From Octopus bimaculoides (Eukaryota): a stretch of DNA of 64,000 nucleotides. This document shows positions 1 through 14,218 of this stretch, piece after piece. The translations under genes and the position numbers were made by a program. Each line of letters begins with the position of its first letter. Positions within the stretch are counted from its first letter, which is position 1. The notes under the pieces were generated by a model. That model had not been told where the DNA came from. It did not search any database and worked only from the letters and a program-made list of their open reading frames with translations. Location: contig NC_068988.1 of assembly GCF_001194135.2 (NCBI RefSeq), positions 35,083,006-35,147,005 of the forward strand, in the 5' to 3' direction.

Positions 1-457
1 ATACCCATCCATCTGCCATGACTTCCCTCATCAGTCACATGTGAACAGTTTAAGCAATCAATTGATCACATATCAAATCTTATTGATTCTTATTTACTCA
101 TCTATTTGCTCTGCTATTTGTTTTACCTAAGTTCAATCTCTATAAACTAAAGATTGCAGACAGGGAAACAGTATTCCACCAGTAATAGCCGAAATCCTCA
201 TTAACCAAACTATGTATCTTACACGCAGTTTAATTTGATTGAAATTCTTAGCCAAGCCAGAAACTTTACATTCCTCTTGGGAAACATCAGTTCTTCACTT
301 CCATGATTAAAACCATGAAATCTGTGTTCTCTTGATCAAATTTTATGCTTTATTTATACTTCTTTTGTATTTGTTTTCTATCTTTTACATTCATCATCAT
401 TTTGAAACTGGATTTAGTAAAGGTAGATTTTAGCAGTAGCAGTTATGTCTTTGAATC

Positions 458-488
<31 letters not shown>

Positions 489-2232
489 AATTATGTGTGT
501 ACAATATAATCCAGCATAGAAGTCAAATTTTTCAGACCAAAATTTACAGCTAAAAATGCAAGGTTGATACAGCAAGATAACTTTAGAAGACCAAAAATTC
601 CACATGAAATGCTGCAGGATATGGAAAGATAGTGACAATATTTGGATGTTTATGCTATTTGCTTACACTATATACTTCATTGACTTGTATGCCAAGAAAC
701 ACAGTATGTGTGTATCTGTGTTTTTGTTTGCATTTGTGTACAATGAGAAGTGTTGTTGTTGTTGTCAGTTTCTTTTGCTTGTGCCCCCCCCCCCCTTGTT
801 GACCACTTGTCTGCTCACTTTGTGCTTTCAAATACATTCGAAATAAAAGATTCCCATCTTTAAAAAACACTTCAGGGTTACAGAAAGGAAGGATGTCTGA
901 CTATGAGTCAGATGTCAATAATATGTTCATCTAATTCATGGCAACCATGGTAAAAACATTGAATGTAAAACATATAGCTAGCCCAAATTTTGAAGTCACT
1001 GTTAACAAAATATTCTTGTTTAGGAATAATAAATTTGTATGCTACAGAAGTATAGAGTAAATTCAGATTAAATTGAAATTGTTTGTATCATAACTGAACA
1101 TAAAAGCAAACATTAATANNNNNNNNNNNNNNNNNNNNNNNNNNNNATATATGTATATATATATGTGTGTGTGTGTATGTATACATGCATACACACACAT
1201 ATACACACAAATACGTATATGCACACACACACACACACACACATACACACACACACACACACCTGTACAGTCATTCATATAGATATATTTAATCATGGAA
1301 ATTCCAAGATTCCATCATAATCTGAGCTTCATGCTTTATTTACAGTTTTGCAATATTACATATATAATCGATTATTGAACCATGTTGGTTTTTCATCAAG
1401 GAGGTCTAGATCACTTGACCAAGTGATGAAACACCTCCGATAAGCTTTGAAGATCAGTTCCCATTATTGCAACATGTAATATTGTAAAATTGTGAAAAAT
1501 TCAAAATTAAAATCTGAACGTCCAACTATGTTGGAATTTCATTGACTATATTTGAATTTCATTGACTATATTTACCTATACACAATCATACAAACTTTCA
1601 TATAGAAACATATTTTTATATGTATGTATGTACACTCATCTCATATACACATTTTAGTCAATACTCTATCTAGTTTTTTTATTCTTTAGTCCCTATCTTT
1701 TACAATTCTTATTTGAATGAATAGTTTGCTCATTAGCACAATTATATTTTTACCTCTCTCATTTAGGATATTTGCACAGCTTCCCCACCCCATGTTACAC
1801 ACACACACACACGCACAGACCGACCACACCTTTAATAATTGTATTCTCTTACATATTATTTTATATTACCCATTTTGCATTCTCATCATCTCTTCCCCGT
1901 TTCTCAGTTTGCTTAATGTGTATGCTGCATTTTTTTTCGGCCCATCTTCTACTGTGAATTTCTCTCTTTTTTTCTCCCTCTCTCTACTGTTTCTTTCTGT
2001 TCACTCTCCTCTTCCTTGCTCTACTATCTCTTTCTGTTCATTCTCTCCTCCCTCTGCCAACTCTCTCTCTCACACATACATCTTTTTCGTTTCTTTTTTC
2101 TCCCAATCTCATTTGTTACTTCTGCCTTTCTGTGTTTTTCTTTCTTTATATCTCTTCATATATCTTTCTATTTAAATACTCATCATCTCCTTCTTTGTCT
2201 TCTCTTTCTCTGTATGTATGTATGTATATATG

Positions 2233-2280
<48 letters not shown>

Positions 2281-2732
2281 TGTCTGTGTGTGCACAGATT
2301 TGTAATACAACTTCTGATATTGGTTGAATATCAAGATCATCTTCTTGGGTCTTTCAATAGAATCCTGTTGCAGCTTTCCTTGTAGCCTCTTCTCCAGGTT
2401 CCACTCCCACACCACTAACAGTTTTGCTTTGCATGTGATCAAGCTAGGCTTCACTCACATCAATCTCGCTAGTATAGGAGTGAGTCTGCAAAAGCCATGG
2501 CCTACGCTAATTCTCTGCTCCTCACTAAGATCAAAGGCCTTCGAGCTACATGCTAAAACTGAAAGGCTGGAATACCTTTGATCATTACTCTGCATGACCT
2601 AGGTTCACTTAGGGCTAATCAACAACAACAACAACAAAAGAACGACCGCCACCGTCACCACTATTACCTTAACAAAACTAACAACAGCAAATCTTCACTG
2701 AATTGAAGAACAAACTTATGTAATATTGATAA

Positions 2733-3529
2733 TACAGTATCTGAGCAATTATCCAGCAAGCTTGGGGCAAGAAGCATCTTGGATTTTTGGATTTTCCAGA
2801 TTTCTGGAGACCATGTAAATGTAGTGAAGATATGTGGCCTTGTGGTTAGGCTGTTACACTCATGATCGCTAGATCGTAGGTTCAATTCCCTGAGTGGGCA
2901 GTGTGTGGTGTTCTTGAACAAAACTGTTCATTTTACATTGTGCCAGGCTCCCTTTTGATCAGTGGGGAACGTTGGCCTACTCGCCTAGCCAGTAGGGTGG
3001 TGTCATTTGAAGGCTAATGTGCATTGTGGCCAGTGATGTGTAATGACATCTGGTAGCCTGGTTGGTCACGTGATCACATGAGGTAAATATAAAATAATAT
3101 AAACTGTCATATAAAATGAACTATGGAAAGTTAAGACCTAAATTGTTTGTAACAGATTCAAAGTAATACACTTCTGAAGCAGGGTGTGTGTAATATTTAA
3201 TGATTCACTTAAAATCGTTAGAGTGTATCTGTTCCATGCATATAATGTAGTGATTACAAGATGAAAATTAAATAAAGGAAAGTAAAGAACATGATTTTAT
3301 TTGACAGATATAGTTACAAATTTATACACTTCTAATGTTAGGTATGTTTAATCTTTAACTGTAAAGAACAAAACCATTTTTAACACAATGTATGCAAATT
3401 AACCAACTTCAAAAACAGGGTTTGTTTACTGAATGTGGAATATAATATATTGCATGATATTGCAACAGTATTCCTTGTTTTCTGGAAATTCCAGATTTCT
3501 GGAAGTCAAATAACAGGTTTGTTACTATA
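2733..3529. mobile_element. possible pogo/Tigger-like MITE remnant, interrupted by a SINE
   Basis: Left end TA-CAGTA, right end TACTA-TA; internal TTCCAGATTTCTGGA present near both ends (about 2794 and 3489); TIR match is weak. Confidence 0.3.
2825..3080 (+). mobile_element. tRNA-derived CORE-type SINE (tail variant ending GGTCACGTGATCACATGA)
   Basis: tRNA-like head (GTGGCCTTGTGGTTAGG...GGTTCAATTCCC) followed by a CORE-like GTGTTCTTGAACAAAAC segment; diverged copy. Confidence 0.7.
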
Positions 3530-3589
3530 TTAGGTGAAACATAAGATTTGATATATATTCATGAAGAATTGACTATAATATATTTCTGA

Positions 3590-3791
3590 TTTCAAACTTT
3601 GATACATGGCCAACAATTTCAGGCAAGCAGGGTAAGTTGATTACATCAACCCTGGTGTCTAACTGGTACTTATTTCATTGATTCCGAAAGGATGAAAGGC
3701 AAAGTCGATCTCTGCTGAATTTGAACTCAGAACATGAGAGAAGAATGAAATGCCTGGCTTGCTAATGATTCTGCCATCTCACTGCCATCTT
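3590..3791 (-). mobile_element. Meta-domain SINE (CpG-decayed)
   Basis: GAAAGGATGAAAGGCAAAGTCGA...GAATTTGAACTCAGAAC is the reverse complement of the Meta domain plus B-box. Confidence 0.85.
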
Positions 3792-3802
3792 ATAGGGTAA
3801 AG

Positions 3803-4286
3803 AGTAAAGACCTCCTTCAGCCATGAATGATCATGGGATTGCACCTAGAAAGTTATCCTCCAAGGCACAAATCCAGGCAAAGTTATTTATGGAAGACCCC
3901 TTTCCATGCCATTATATGTACATATGGTAAAGAGTAAAGACCCCTTTCAATCATGACTCACCATGGAATTGCGCCTAGAAAGTTATCCTCCGAGGCACAT
4001 GTCCGGGCAAGGTTGTTTATGGAAGACTAGCAGTTGCCCATGCATACCAGCCTCCCCTTTTCATGCCACTTATATTATCCAAAGGAAAGGCAAAGACTGA
4101 TACAGCTTGGCACCAATAACATCACAACTCATTTCTACAGCTGAGTGAACTGGAATTAACATGAAATAAAGTATCTTGCTCAAGAACACAAAGCACAGCC
4201 CTGTCCAGAAATTTAACTCACTATCTCCAGAAATTGAACTCACTATCTCATGATTGTGACCCCGACACTCTAATCACTTGAGCCAT
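3803..4286 (-). mobile_element. CORE-SINE (GGGGGTCT tail variant) preceded by a duplicated 3' tail fragment
   Basis: Matches the 46981-47316 copy; tail GTAAAGACC...CCTAGAAAGTTATCCTCC occurs twice (3803-3900 and from 3934). Confidence 0.85.
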
Positions 4287-4329
4287 TTTCATAATACATT
4301 ATTACTGGACATTACTGTCTTGAGTCTTA

Positions 4330-4560
4330 AGCCTCATAAGGCCAGTTACCTGTTTCCATGACATATAAGTGACCAAGAGCAAAACAGTCACTTTTTTCAG
4401 GACACCAGTCCTTTGTAAGGTGGCTTATTTACAGCTGAGTGGACTGGAGTTATGTGAAAGGAAGTGTTTTGCTCAAGAATGCAATGCACTACCTGTTTCA
4501 GGAATTAATTGCACAATCTTGCGATTGTGAATGCACCACCTTAATGACTAGGCTACACAC
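4330..4560 (-). mobile_element. CORE-SINE (another tail variant)
   Basis: CAGCTGAGTGGACTGGAG...GTGTTTTGCTCAAGAA CORE segment and decayed tRNA-like head. Confidence 0.65.
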
Positions 4561-6114
4561 ATTTACCACAGTATATTACTGGTACACAATAGTTGTATTT
4601 ATATTCTTAACAATGATTTGCAATAAGGACACACGGTTGAATCAACCCCTCTGTTGTATTGTTTATATTTGTTCATACTTCTCTATATGAATATTAAAGA
4701 AGGAAGAAGAAAGACTGTGTCCCTAAGTTTTGCAGTCTTTTACAAGACAGATGGGATTGATGCAGCTGATGCACATTCTGAGCATGTGCTTATCAGTACC
4801 TACTAATGAGAAATAATCTTGGGATTACAACAGAAAGGACTCTGCTAGAAACAAGCAAGGTTCAGCTACTCTAAAGACCCAGTCAATCCTGATCAAACTA
4901 ACTTATAATCAAAGGTCAGTTATATCAGTTTGACTGACGTATATTTGTGTGTATGTGTATACACACTCACATGTGCGTGCTCACACACACAAACACATAT
5001 GTACATACATATTCACTGTAAAGTGTTAAGAATGGCATCCCGTTGTAGAACACCATGCTAAAGTAGACACAAGTACATTGTAGTCCTTGGATGCATTGGA
5101 TCCTGTCAAAAAAACATGGACATTTAAATAAGATGATAATGACAACAAAGACAATGATTATTGTCCATTTCTTTTTCTTTTTTGTTTTTAATTGTTACAG
5201 ATGATAGGTGATTTCAAGGAGATTTAGCTGCTGTTTCTAATAGATCAAGTGACTACCAAGTAGCTTTTATCTTTGTTTAATATCAAGGCTTTAGTGTATT
5301 GCTAATCCCTGTACACACATTGATGATGAAAGACAAAAGCTAATCTTGGCTACATTCAAATTCCAAACTCAAAAGTAGAAATCCTCTAACTACTGCAATA
5401 CATTAACTCTGACACTATTGTTGCAGCCATCTCCAAAACAGGCTGAAATCTGAACAATAATTAAGTTAGATATTTGTAAGTTTACTAAACAAAATTTGAT
5501 CATAGCAAACTCTTAGCTTGTGTTTAATTTTAAGGAAAGCCTCTCAGTTAACTAAGAAACAGAGTTAACATCTGAAGGTTTGTTTGCAAGCCAGAATTTT
5601 CTGTTAGGGTAAACACATTATACACATTGTAAATTTATTCAGCAAAATTTGTTCGTTATTATTAATTCTGATTGTAATAAGGAATGGTAATTTAAGTTCA
5701 CAATTTCTTTCCCTTAATTTTACGTTTTATTTTGTTTTTTATTTTTTAATTAACTTGAAATTTCAAATCGATTAAACCACAATGTTTTCCTACACTCAAA
5801 TCGGAAATGATGAAAAATATGAAATTAAAATTATAAAACTTAAATTGTAATTTTTACTTAAAAAAATTAAATATTTCTTAAAAACTACAGATATGTTATC
5901 CTTTAGAAATCAAATTTTAGGGACATTTTGTTTTTCAGAATATTTCCTATTATTATGATTAAAGGTTAAAATTTCAATTATAATTCAAAATTTTGCTTCT
6001 GTTACTATCCCATTAATAACAAACTTAGTTTTGATTTATGGAAGCCTTTTAGTGCTACCTGTTGATGGTGGTGGTGATGGGGTTAATTCTTAGGGTAATG
6101 GAGTGGATCTTTGT

Positions 6115-6480
6115 TTCTTTATCTTTTATTTCTTTACTTGCCTCAGTCATTGGACTGCGGCCATGCTGGGAGACTGCCTTTAATGAATCATCCCTAGTAC
6201 CTATTTTTTTAAGAATGGTACTTATTCTATTGGTCTATTTGGCCAAACTACTAAGATATAAGGATGTAAACAAACCATCATCAGTTGCCAATTTGTGTTG
6301 GGGAACAAATACAAAGGCACATACACATGTATGATGGGTTTCTTTTAGTTTCTGTTTACCAAATCCACTGACAAGGCCTTGATTGACCCAGGGCTTTAGT
6401 AGAAGACTCTTGCCCAGGATGCCATGGAATGGGACTGAACATGGAGCCATGTGGTTGGGAAGCAAACTTCTTAACACACA
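6115..6480 (-). mobile_element. CORE-SINE, OR-like family with internal CA/TA microsatellite
   Basis: TTTCTGTTTACCAAATCCACT...AGTAGAAGACTCTTGCCCAGGATGCC...GGGACTGAAC...GTGGTTGGGAAGC; same family as 9835, 17925, 23575, 37996, 41203. Confidence 0.85.
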
Positions 6481-6936
6481 TGTCCATGCTTGTGTCTCTA
6501 TTCATTTATGTTTTTTCTTGAAATTTCAAATTCGGAAAAAATTGGAATTGTCATCCCTGGTTTTTGATGTTTCATCCCACATGTCAACCCTGAGTAAATG
6601 ACACTGTTATCAAAGGCACTCCATTCGGGACCATCCAAGGCCCTTTTTTTTTTTTCTAGACTACATTATCCAAAGCACTATTCCATTTTTAAGGAAACGG
6701 AGTTGGTTGCAATTTCTTGCAAGTTGTGTGGCCACGTAGACACCCTGTTATTATAAAACTCAATGTATGTGTTGGGGGTGGAAGGTCGGGCGAAAATTAC
6801 TCAGCAATGTGGAATTTATACAGATTAATTACAAAAGGATATGCATTTCAGTTCCTGTTATTTGTGGGGTAGAATTCCATGCAAAATTGCATGCACAGAC
6901 AAATGCTTCATAGTCTGACAAGCCAAACCAGTTGAG

Positions 6937-6974
<38 letters not shown>

Positions 6975-7992
6975 ACACATGTATGTGTGTGTGTGGAGTG
7001 TTTTTGTTCTCTGGTACATAATCATAGCAACTTAGCCACCAAAATGATATGGTGTTTATATTTTTGAAATTCACTATAACACGGCAATTAACTCAGTTTG
7101 ATTAATCTTAGGTAGTTCTTGAAGTGAAACAATACTTTATTTGTTTAAATTACATGCTGTGTCACTTCTGTTTGTGCTTGAGAATTAGGACATTGAATGC
7201 ATACACAATTTCCAAATAATACCATATATATATATATATATATAATATATATATATANNNNNNNNNNNNNNNNNNNNNNNNNNNNNNNNNNNNNNNNNNN
7301 NNNNNNNNNNNNNNNNNNNNNNNNNNNNNNNNNNNNNNNNNNNNNNNNNNNNNNNNNNNNNNNNNNNNNNNNNNNNNNNNNNNNNNNNNNNNNNNNNNNN
7401 NNNNNNNNNNNNNNNNNNNNNNNNNNNNNNNNNNNNNNNNNNNNNNNNNNNNNNNNNNNNNNNNNNNNNNNNNNNNNNNNNNNNNNNNNNNNNNNNNNNN
7501 NNNNNNNNNNNNNNNNNNNNNNNNNNNNNNNNNNNNNNNNNNNNNNNNNNNNNNNNNNNNNNNNNNNNNNNNNNNNNNNNNNNNNNNNNNNNNNNNNNNN
7601 NNNNNNNNNNNNNNNNNNNNNNNNNNNNNNNNNNNNNNNNNNNNNNNNNNNNNNNNNNNNNNNNNNNNNNNNNNNNNNNNNNNNNNNNNNNNNNNNNNNN
7701 NNNNNNNNNNNNNNNNNNNNNNNNNNNNNNNNNNNNNNNNNNNNNNNNNNNNNNNNNNNNNNNNNNNNNNNNNNNNNNNNNNNNNNNNNNNNNNNNNNNN
7801 NNNNNNNNNNNNNNNNNNNNNNNNNNNNNNNNNNNNNNNNNNNNNNNNNNNNNNNNNNNNNNNNNNNNNNNNNNNNNNNNNNNNNNNNNNNNNNNNNNNN
7901 NNNNNNNNNNNNNNNNNNNNNNNNNNNNNNNNNNNNNNNNNNNNNNNNNNNNNNNNNNNNNNNNNNNNNNNNNNNNNNNNNNNNNNNNNNNN

Positions 7993-8938
7993 TAGCACCA
8001 CCTAATAAGATTATCTAAACCCTTTTTTACAGTCAAGTTTTGTTTATCGTCCATTCAAGTAGTGAGTTCTTATTGAGTGAGTTATTTCCAGGTATGGGTG
8101 GCTTGTTTGGTATTCTTTGAAGAAAGCTGTCTAGACTCCGTTTAAAGCTGATAGGATCCCTTTCCTCTTTTATCTGTTTCAGGGCAATGTTAAACAGGAC
8201 AGGGCCTGTTGAGGAAAAGAAATTATGCCGCAATGTACCTATACATTGTGATTCTGAATTGGGCAGGGGATGTATGGCCCGTGGTCCCAGCCTTGGATGA
8301 ACCTCGAAACTAATGTTCAGGTTGTTTGGGCAATGCTGGTGGTATATCTTCCACATCGTACAGATGATGTACCACTCGCAGCGGTGCTGGAGAGAGTAGA
8401 GCTTCAAGGCTTTAAGGCAGTCCCAGTAATCAAAATCAGTCATGCCTTCAATTCGTTTGGTGAGTGCCCTCTCGGGTGATTCAATCCTCAAGATGTTTTA
8501 ACTTTGTATGGGGAGACCACAGCGGGCAGCAGTATTCGAGGTGTGGCCGTACAAAGGAGGAGAAAAGTGGAATGATGACACCTTGTTCTCTGGACCAGAA
8601 CGTTCTTAAGATCCAGGAGCTCATCCTATGAGCTATATTGACCTTATTGCTGATGTGGGCACTCCAATTGAGATTGTTGTCAACAATTACACCCAGAACT
8701 CTGATATTATTGGATGCTGTGAGCGGTTCCCCTGAAGGAAGAGAGTATGGCTGTTTTAGTATAGACTTTCTTCCAAAATGCATCAGTCAAATTTTCCCTC
8801 GTTCAGTTTCATTTTATTTTTATCTGCCCATTGACTCACAGCATATAGATCAGAATGGAGTTGGGTTCGGTCTTCTTCTTTATTGATGATTTGCTGGAGC
8901 TTAGTGTCATCAGCAAATATTTTCACTTTGTAGTGATA
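7993..8938 (-). mobile_element. 5'-truncated CR1-like LINE ORF2 pseudogene (RT C-terminal half)
   Basis: Minus-strand translation KVKIFADDTKLQQ (RT catalytic motif at about 8900-8925), LGVIVDNNLNW, RPHLEYCCPLWSP, KRIEGMTDFDYWD-LKALKLYSLQ; contains frameshifts and stops. Confidence 0.93.
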
Positions 8939-9001
8939 TATATATATATATATATGGTATATATAATATATATATATGACATGTATATATATTTATATTA
9001 T

Positions 9002-9048
<47 letters not shown>

Positions 9049-9834
9049 AGACACTTGGCCACGGTGCCACGCAGTGGGACTGAACCTGGAAGCATGTGGC
9101 AGGGAAGCAAGCTTCTTACCACACAGCTACTATATAAAGATAGATAGGTAGATGAATAGATAGGTATATAGAGAGGATGGCTTGATAGATAGATAGATAG
9201 ATAGATAAGCATCTACATAATAAAAGATAAGCAAATATTACTGATTATATACTGGTCTGTGCTGAGAGAATAGTATAGAAATAACTAGATGGACGATAAC
9301 TGCAAGGATGTGCAACTTTCAATATTATAACAGTTTCTTTTTTATTTTTTGGTTTGGTTTTTCTTTTTTTTTTATTTTGTAAAGTTAGTTATGATGAAGA
9401 GATTCTAAGGTTATATACCTTAGTTTGCATAATGTATTTAATGATCTTAATTGAATATCTCTTACCTCATGCTATCATTATGTCATCTTGTCATGATTAA
9501 GGAATTCGACCCAGCATGGCAAGAGAAAGAGAGAGAGGAGTGAGTGCGTGAGAGAGACAGAAAGAAGAGGAGGAGAAGGGAAAGAACGGGAGCAAAATAA
9601 AAACTATGGGTGAGAAAGAGAAAAGGAAAATACAGTGTTAAGAAGGAGAAAGACGAACAGAGAATGGAATAAAGAAAATTGAGAGAGAGAGAGAGAGAGA
9701 AGTGCGAAGAGACATATTCTACATAGAATAATAAAAGAAATACTAAGTTAAAGTTATGATTGTTAAGCAAGTTTAAGAATAACAGAATTTTAGTGATATG
9801 GAGACTCATGTTGAAAATAGAATAAAGTTTATTT

Positions 9835-10029
9835 ATTTCTTTATATTTTACTCCTTTTAGTCACTAGACCGCGACCATGCTGGGGCACCGCCCTGAAGAA
9901 TTTTTAGTCAAATGAATCGACCACAGAAATTATTTTTAAAGCCTGATATTTATTATATTGGATCTGTTGCCAAATTGCTAATTTCTAGGGGAAAAACAAA
10001 TCAACATCAGTTGTCAAGCAGTGGTGGGG

Positions 10030-10067
<38 letters not shown>

Positions 10068-10230
10068 GAGCTTCTTTCAGTTTCTGTCTACCAAATCTAC
10101 CCACAAGGCTATCGGCCTCTGGGGCTATAGTAGCAGGCACTTGCTCAAGATGCCATGCAGTTGAACTGAACACCCCGAATCATAAGGTTGGGGAGCAAGC
10201 TTCTTACCACACAGCCACACCTGCGCCTAT
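9835..10230 (-). mobile_element. CORE-SINE, OR-like family, near full length
   Basis: Head GTGGCTGTGTGGTAAGAAGCTTGCTCCCCAACC, CORE-like GCATCTTGAGCAAGTGCC, internal (CA)n. Confidence 0.9.
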
Positions 10231-10869
10231 AAAATTATAAAATTCCTTTTGACTGAATCTGTAGGTTTCACCTGACAGCTTATTCAGTCATTGGTTGAAT
10301 TTATTGTTGCATGAAACTTAGCTCTTTTGTTATTATTCTTCTGCTTGAGTGCCTCTGTTTCAGTTCAAGCTTATTGCACTATGGACAAGGGTCTTCTACT
10401 ATAGCCCCAGACTCAATAATGCTTTGTAAAGAGATTTAGCCAACAGAAACTGTACAAAAGCCTGTCATGTGTGTTCTGCTGCTTCATTACTAACATTGGT
10501 TTGTTTGTAACCTAGCAGTCTGTCAAAAGATTAAAAAAAAAAAAACTGATAGAATAAATCCCAGATTTAAGAATAAGTATTGGGGCTTGATTTGATCAAC
10601 TAAAATTTTTCAGAGTGGTACCACAGCCTGGGCACAGTCCATTGACTGAAACAACTTATGAACAATGCAAGACATGCAATCATTAGTGTGCATTATCTAA
10701 ACCTTAAATTACAAATTTAAAAATCTGTGGAGCATTTTTTAAGAACTACTTATTTATGTGGTTGAGAGATCTGCCAGAAATAACCATCATATTTCACTCA
10801 AACCATATTCTATTGTTTTTTTTTTTTTGTTCATCTTTTGGTCAAGGGGCAAATAGTGCTCATTACTCT

Positions 10870-11097
10870 TTAACCCTTTAGTATTCAGATTACTCAGTCA
10901 AATGTGATGTTTATTTATTCTCATTAATATGAATTAGTTAGGTATTGTCTTGTAGCTAAGAGATTTTCCTGGTGTGATTGCTTATTTTTAGAATGACATT
11001 GTAAAGTTGGTATGAGAGGCCATATCTGACCAGTTTTAACATAAAACTAGTAGAATATTTAGGCTGGATGTGGCCAGTTTGAATGCTGAAGGATTAA
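10870..11097. mobile_element. piggyBac-like MITE
   Basis: TTAA-CCCTTTAGTATTCAGA...TTTGAATGCTGAAGGA-TTAA: TTAA duplication and imperfect CCCTTT-type TIRs. Confidence 0.8.
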
Positions 11098-12817
11098 GAA
11101 CCTCTGAGACTAGTGGGATGGAGGGACAAAGGTATCTTCAATCACAGACCTAGCCCAAATGTTTGCAATACAATTGACTGCAGTAAGTAAAGTAACCAAA
11201 AGTGTTTGATGGTGTTGTTAAACTGGACTACAGATTAAGTCTATCAGCCATGAAAGGATGAAATGGAAAGTCAACTGTGGTTGGTTTTGAATACAGAGCA
11301 CTGGCAAGTCAAAACAGATATGGCAGGGCATTCAGTCTAATGTTTTAAGAACTTTGGCAATTCAACACTTTTAGTAAAAATGGCAAAAAGTATGTATGTG
11401 TGTGTGTGTGAGAGAGAGAGCGAGAGGGGGAGAGAGAGAGAAAGACAGACAGACAAAACCAAAGTGCATGCTAGTAATAGTTACACCATGTCTGAAAAAA
11501 GGTGGTATGGCCATGGCTAGAATGCCTTGACCAGATCTAAGCAAGATGGTGATAGTGGTAGTGTAGTGGTGGTAGTAGAAGCAACAACAACAACAATAAT
11601 AGTAGCAACACCTTCATTTTATTCATCTATATTTTTCATTTTCTTTTAACAAGCCACAGCCATAACGATGGCTGCGTTTTTCACTTGCATCTTAATTATA
11701 CATCATTCAGGTGTCTTTATGGCCAATTTGCCATTATTCTTTCTTGAGGAGGTGGAAACTTTCAGTTGATGCTAGAATTATCTGAAAAATGTTCTCGCAT
11801 GCTCACATCTTAGGCAGATTTTTGTTTTTCTCTTTTTCCTTTTTATCCATTTGAGATGTGTTATTAATAATGTTATGTTGGAATGTTAACGCATTTAACC
11901 TTTTTCTTCGCTTGCTTCTAACTATTCTACGTTTTTCTTTCTTTCTTTTCTTTTTATTCTAATAGTCCATACTCTGATATCTATCTATCTGTCTATTGGT
12001 TCATGAATTCCTCTGACTTCAGTGCTATCCATGTTCACTATCAATGTTGGCAATGAAGTTACTACAGATTCTTTTCCTTGTCGGTTCTATGACATGGACT
12101 TCGCTCATGCTAAAGCATTGTCTTGAAGGGTTGTTTTAGTAAATAATATATGCTTCTGTTCTTAGTGTTTAAAAGTTTAGTGCTTATTTCATCATCCTCT
12201 GTTTACCTTCTAAACTGGAGAATGTAAACAAAGACCACTGATTTATAAGCTATGTCAATGTCTAGACTCACATACATGAACATATTGTCTGTATTTCATT
12301 TCCTCTGAAGACTACTCTGTTTAAACGACAGATTATTTAGAAGTTAGAGATTTTCACATGATGTTCAAATATCAATTTTTTAATCAAACATTCCAGAAAG
12401 AATTGTAATTCACTCAATTTAAAATGCAAGTACTCAGAAGTGAAGTCTTGTTTGAAAAGTGCTGTGCACGAAATTCTCTGCTCTTGAGTCATTTTTGTAA
12501 CATTTGCTGGTTAAATATATCATCATCATCATTATCATCTACTGCATCTATGTTCCATTCTGACATGGTTGTATGGTCTGACAAGTTCTGATGTGTCCAA
12601 GGAGTGCATTGTGTTCCTGTGTCTGCTTTGGTACAGTTTCTACAGTTGGATGCCCATTCTAATGCCAATCCCTGTTGCCATCCAAATTGAAAGACTATGA
12701 ACTATAAGGTGAGAATGAGCTTTATGCTAGGAGTTGAGATGGGGGTTAAAGTATGAGGGAACTGAGCAATCTAAGAGATGTTAAGTCAAGAAAAAGGATC
12801 CTATATACATACATACA

Positions 12818-12860
<43 letters not shown>

Positions 12861-12999
12861 GACATGCTCCCATATAATTCATCTTCCACATTTCACAGAC
12901 TAGTCATTAGTCAACCCGATGCTATTGTGGAAGACAAATGGCACACAGTAGGATTGAAATCCAAGCTACATAGCTATGAAAGAAGCTTCTTAACCAAAG

Positions 13000-13150
13000 A
13001 GCCGGACATCAGTGGCGATTTTTTCTTCCTCCGTTTTCCCGTCTTTGGACTTTCCTTGTTTGCGACAAAGAGCTCTGCTCGAAACGTCATATTCTCTCTC
13101 TTTCCTTTCCTGAGCGTCTAGTAACACAATCTGTATCACGTCCCCACGTT
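13000..13150 (+). mobile_element. Penelope-like terminal-repeat fragment with degenerate minimal hammerhead motif
   Basis: GAGC-TCT-GCTC stem followed by GAAACGTC at 13070-13088; CpG-rich patch within CpG-poor DNA. Confidence 0.55.
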
Positions 13151-14185
13151 GTTTTTTTGTTGTTGTTTTTTTTTGTCTTTTTCCTTTTTTGAACTTATAC
13201 ATATATATATGGAGATTTATAAATATGTTGTTTAGTTTCAAGTCAGCCCAAGTGATAGTTATTCTAGCTGTGATCATCTTGTTTTTCAGGCCATAGTGTA
13301 TCCAAAGCTGCATAAGTCAGTATGTCCTTTCCTTTTAGAGAAAACCAAACAGAAGGGGATGATTTAGAAGAGATTCAGTTACTATATCTATCACAACTTC
13401 CTCATTGATTCAAATCTAAACTACATGCATGCATACATACACACACACATACATACATCATACATACATACATACATACACACACACATACATACATCAT
13501 ACATACATACATCATACATACATACATACATACATACATACATACATACATGCATATATAATTTTCAAGACACATTGACATATCTTTCTAAAATGACTCA
13601 TTATTCTTTACTTTACAAGATTTAATATTTTATCAGATTCACATACACACAATCACGCACACACATACGTGCATGCTCACATGCATGCAAGATAAAGACC
13701 AGTATGTTTTAGATTATAAAAGTTGATATGTGAGAGCAGTCAGTGAGAAAATGGAAGACATGGAAAAGGAAAAGGAAAAGGAAGAAAAAAAAAATAAGAA
13801 GAAACTATTCCATTTATATTTTAGGCAAAATAACAGCCAAAGATTTGCTCTTCTGCATTGTCTCTCTCTGTCTTCTCTCTCATAAAGTTAGTCAGATATT
13901 TTCTCAAAATATTCCGCGAAGACATCACATGCTAACTAACATAAAGTAAATGGTTACACGTACACACCCACATGCGTACACACGCATACTAATATATGTG
14001 CGCTTGTACGCATACCACAGTACAAAAATATACCATGTAAAAAAAAAAATATATATATATATTTAAGAAAATATATGAACCATCAATCTAATTGTGTTCC
14101 TTCTGAAATTCTTTAATTAAATCAATTACTGATTAATAATAGATTGCCAAAAGAAATTCTTTTACATTTTTAGATACATCATTCT

Positions 14186-14218
<33 letters not shown>

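Noticed and set aside
1534-1573. Exact 2 x 20-bp tandem repeat; also a ~42-bp imperfect direct repeat at 47640-47760
   Set aside because: Ordinary slippage duplications; two units with no spacer structure, not CRISPR-like
7162-8054. Longest ORFs in the track (200-290 aa; also 42464-42813, 52657-53535, 55359-56188)
   Set aside because: They are open only because they run through N-gaps and (TA)n tracts
13825-13886. GKITAKDLLFC, resembling the second half of an EF-hand loop
   Set aside because: Half of the segment is a CT-rich simple repeat, the donor is weak, and no partner exon supplies the DxDxD part
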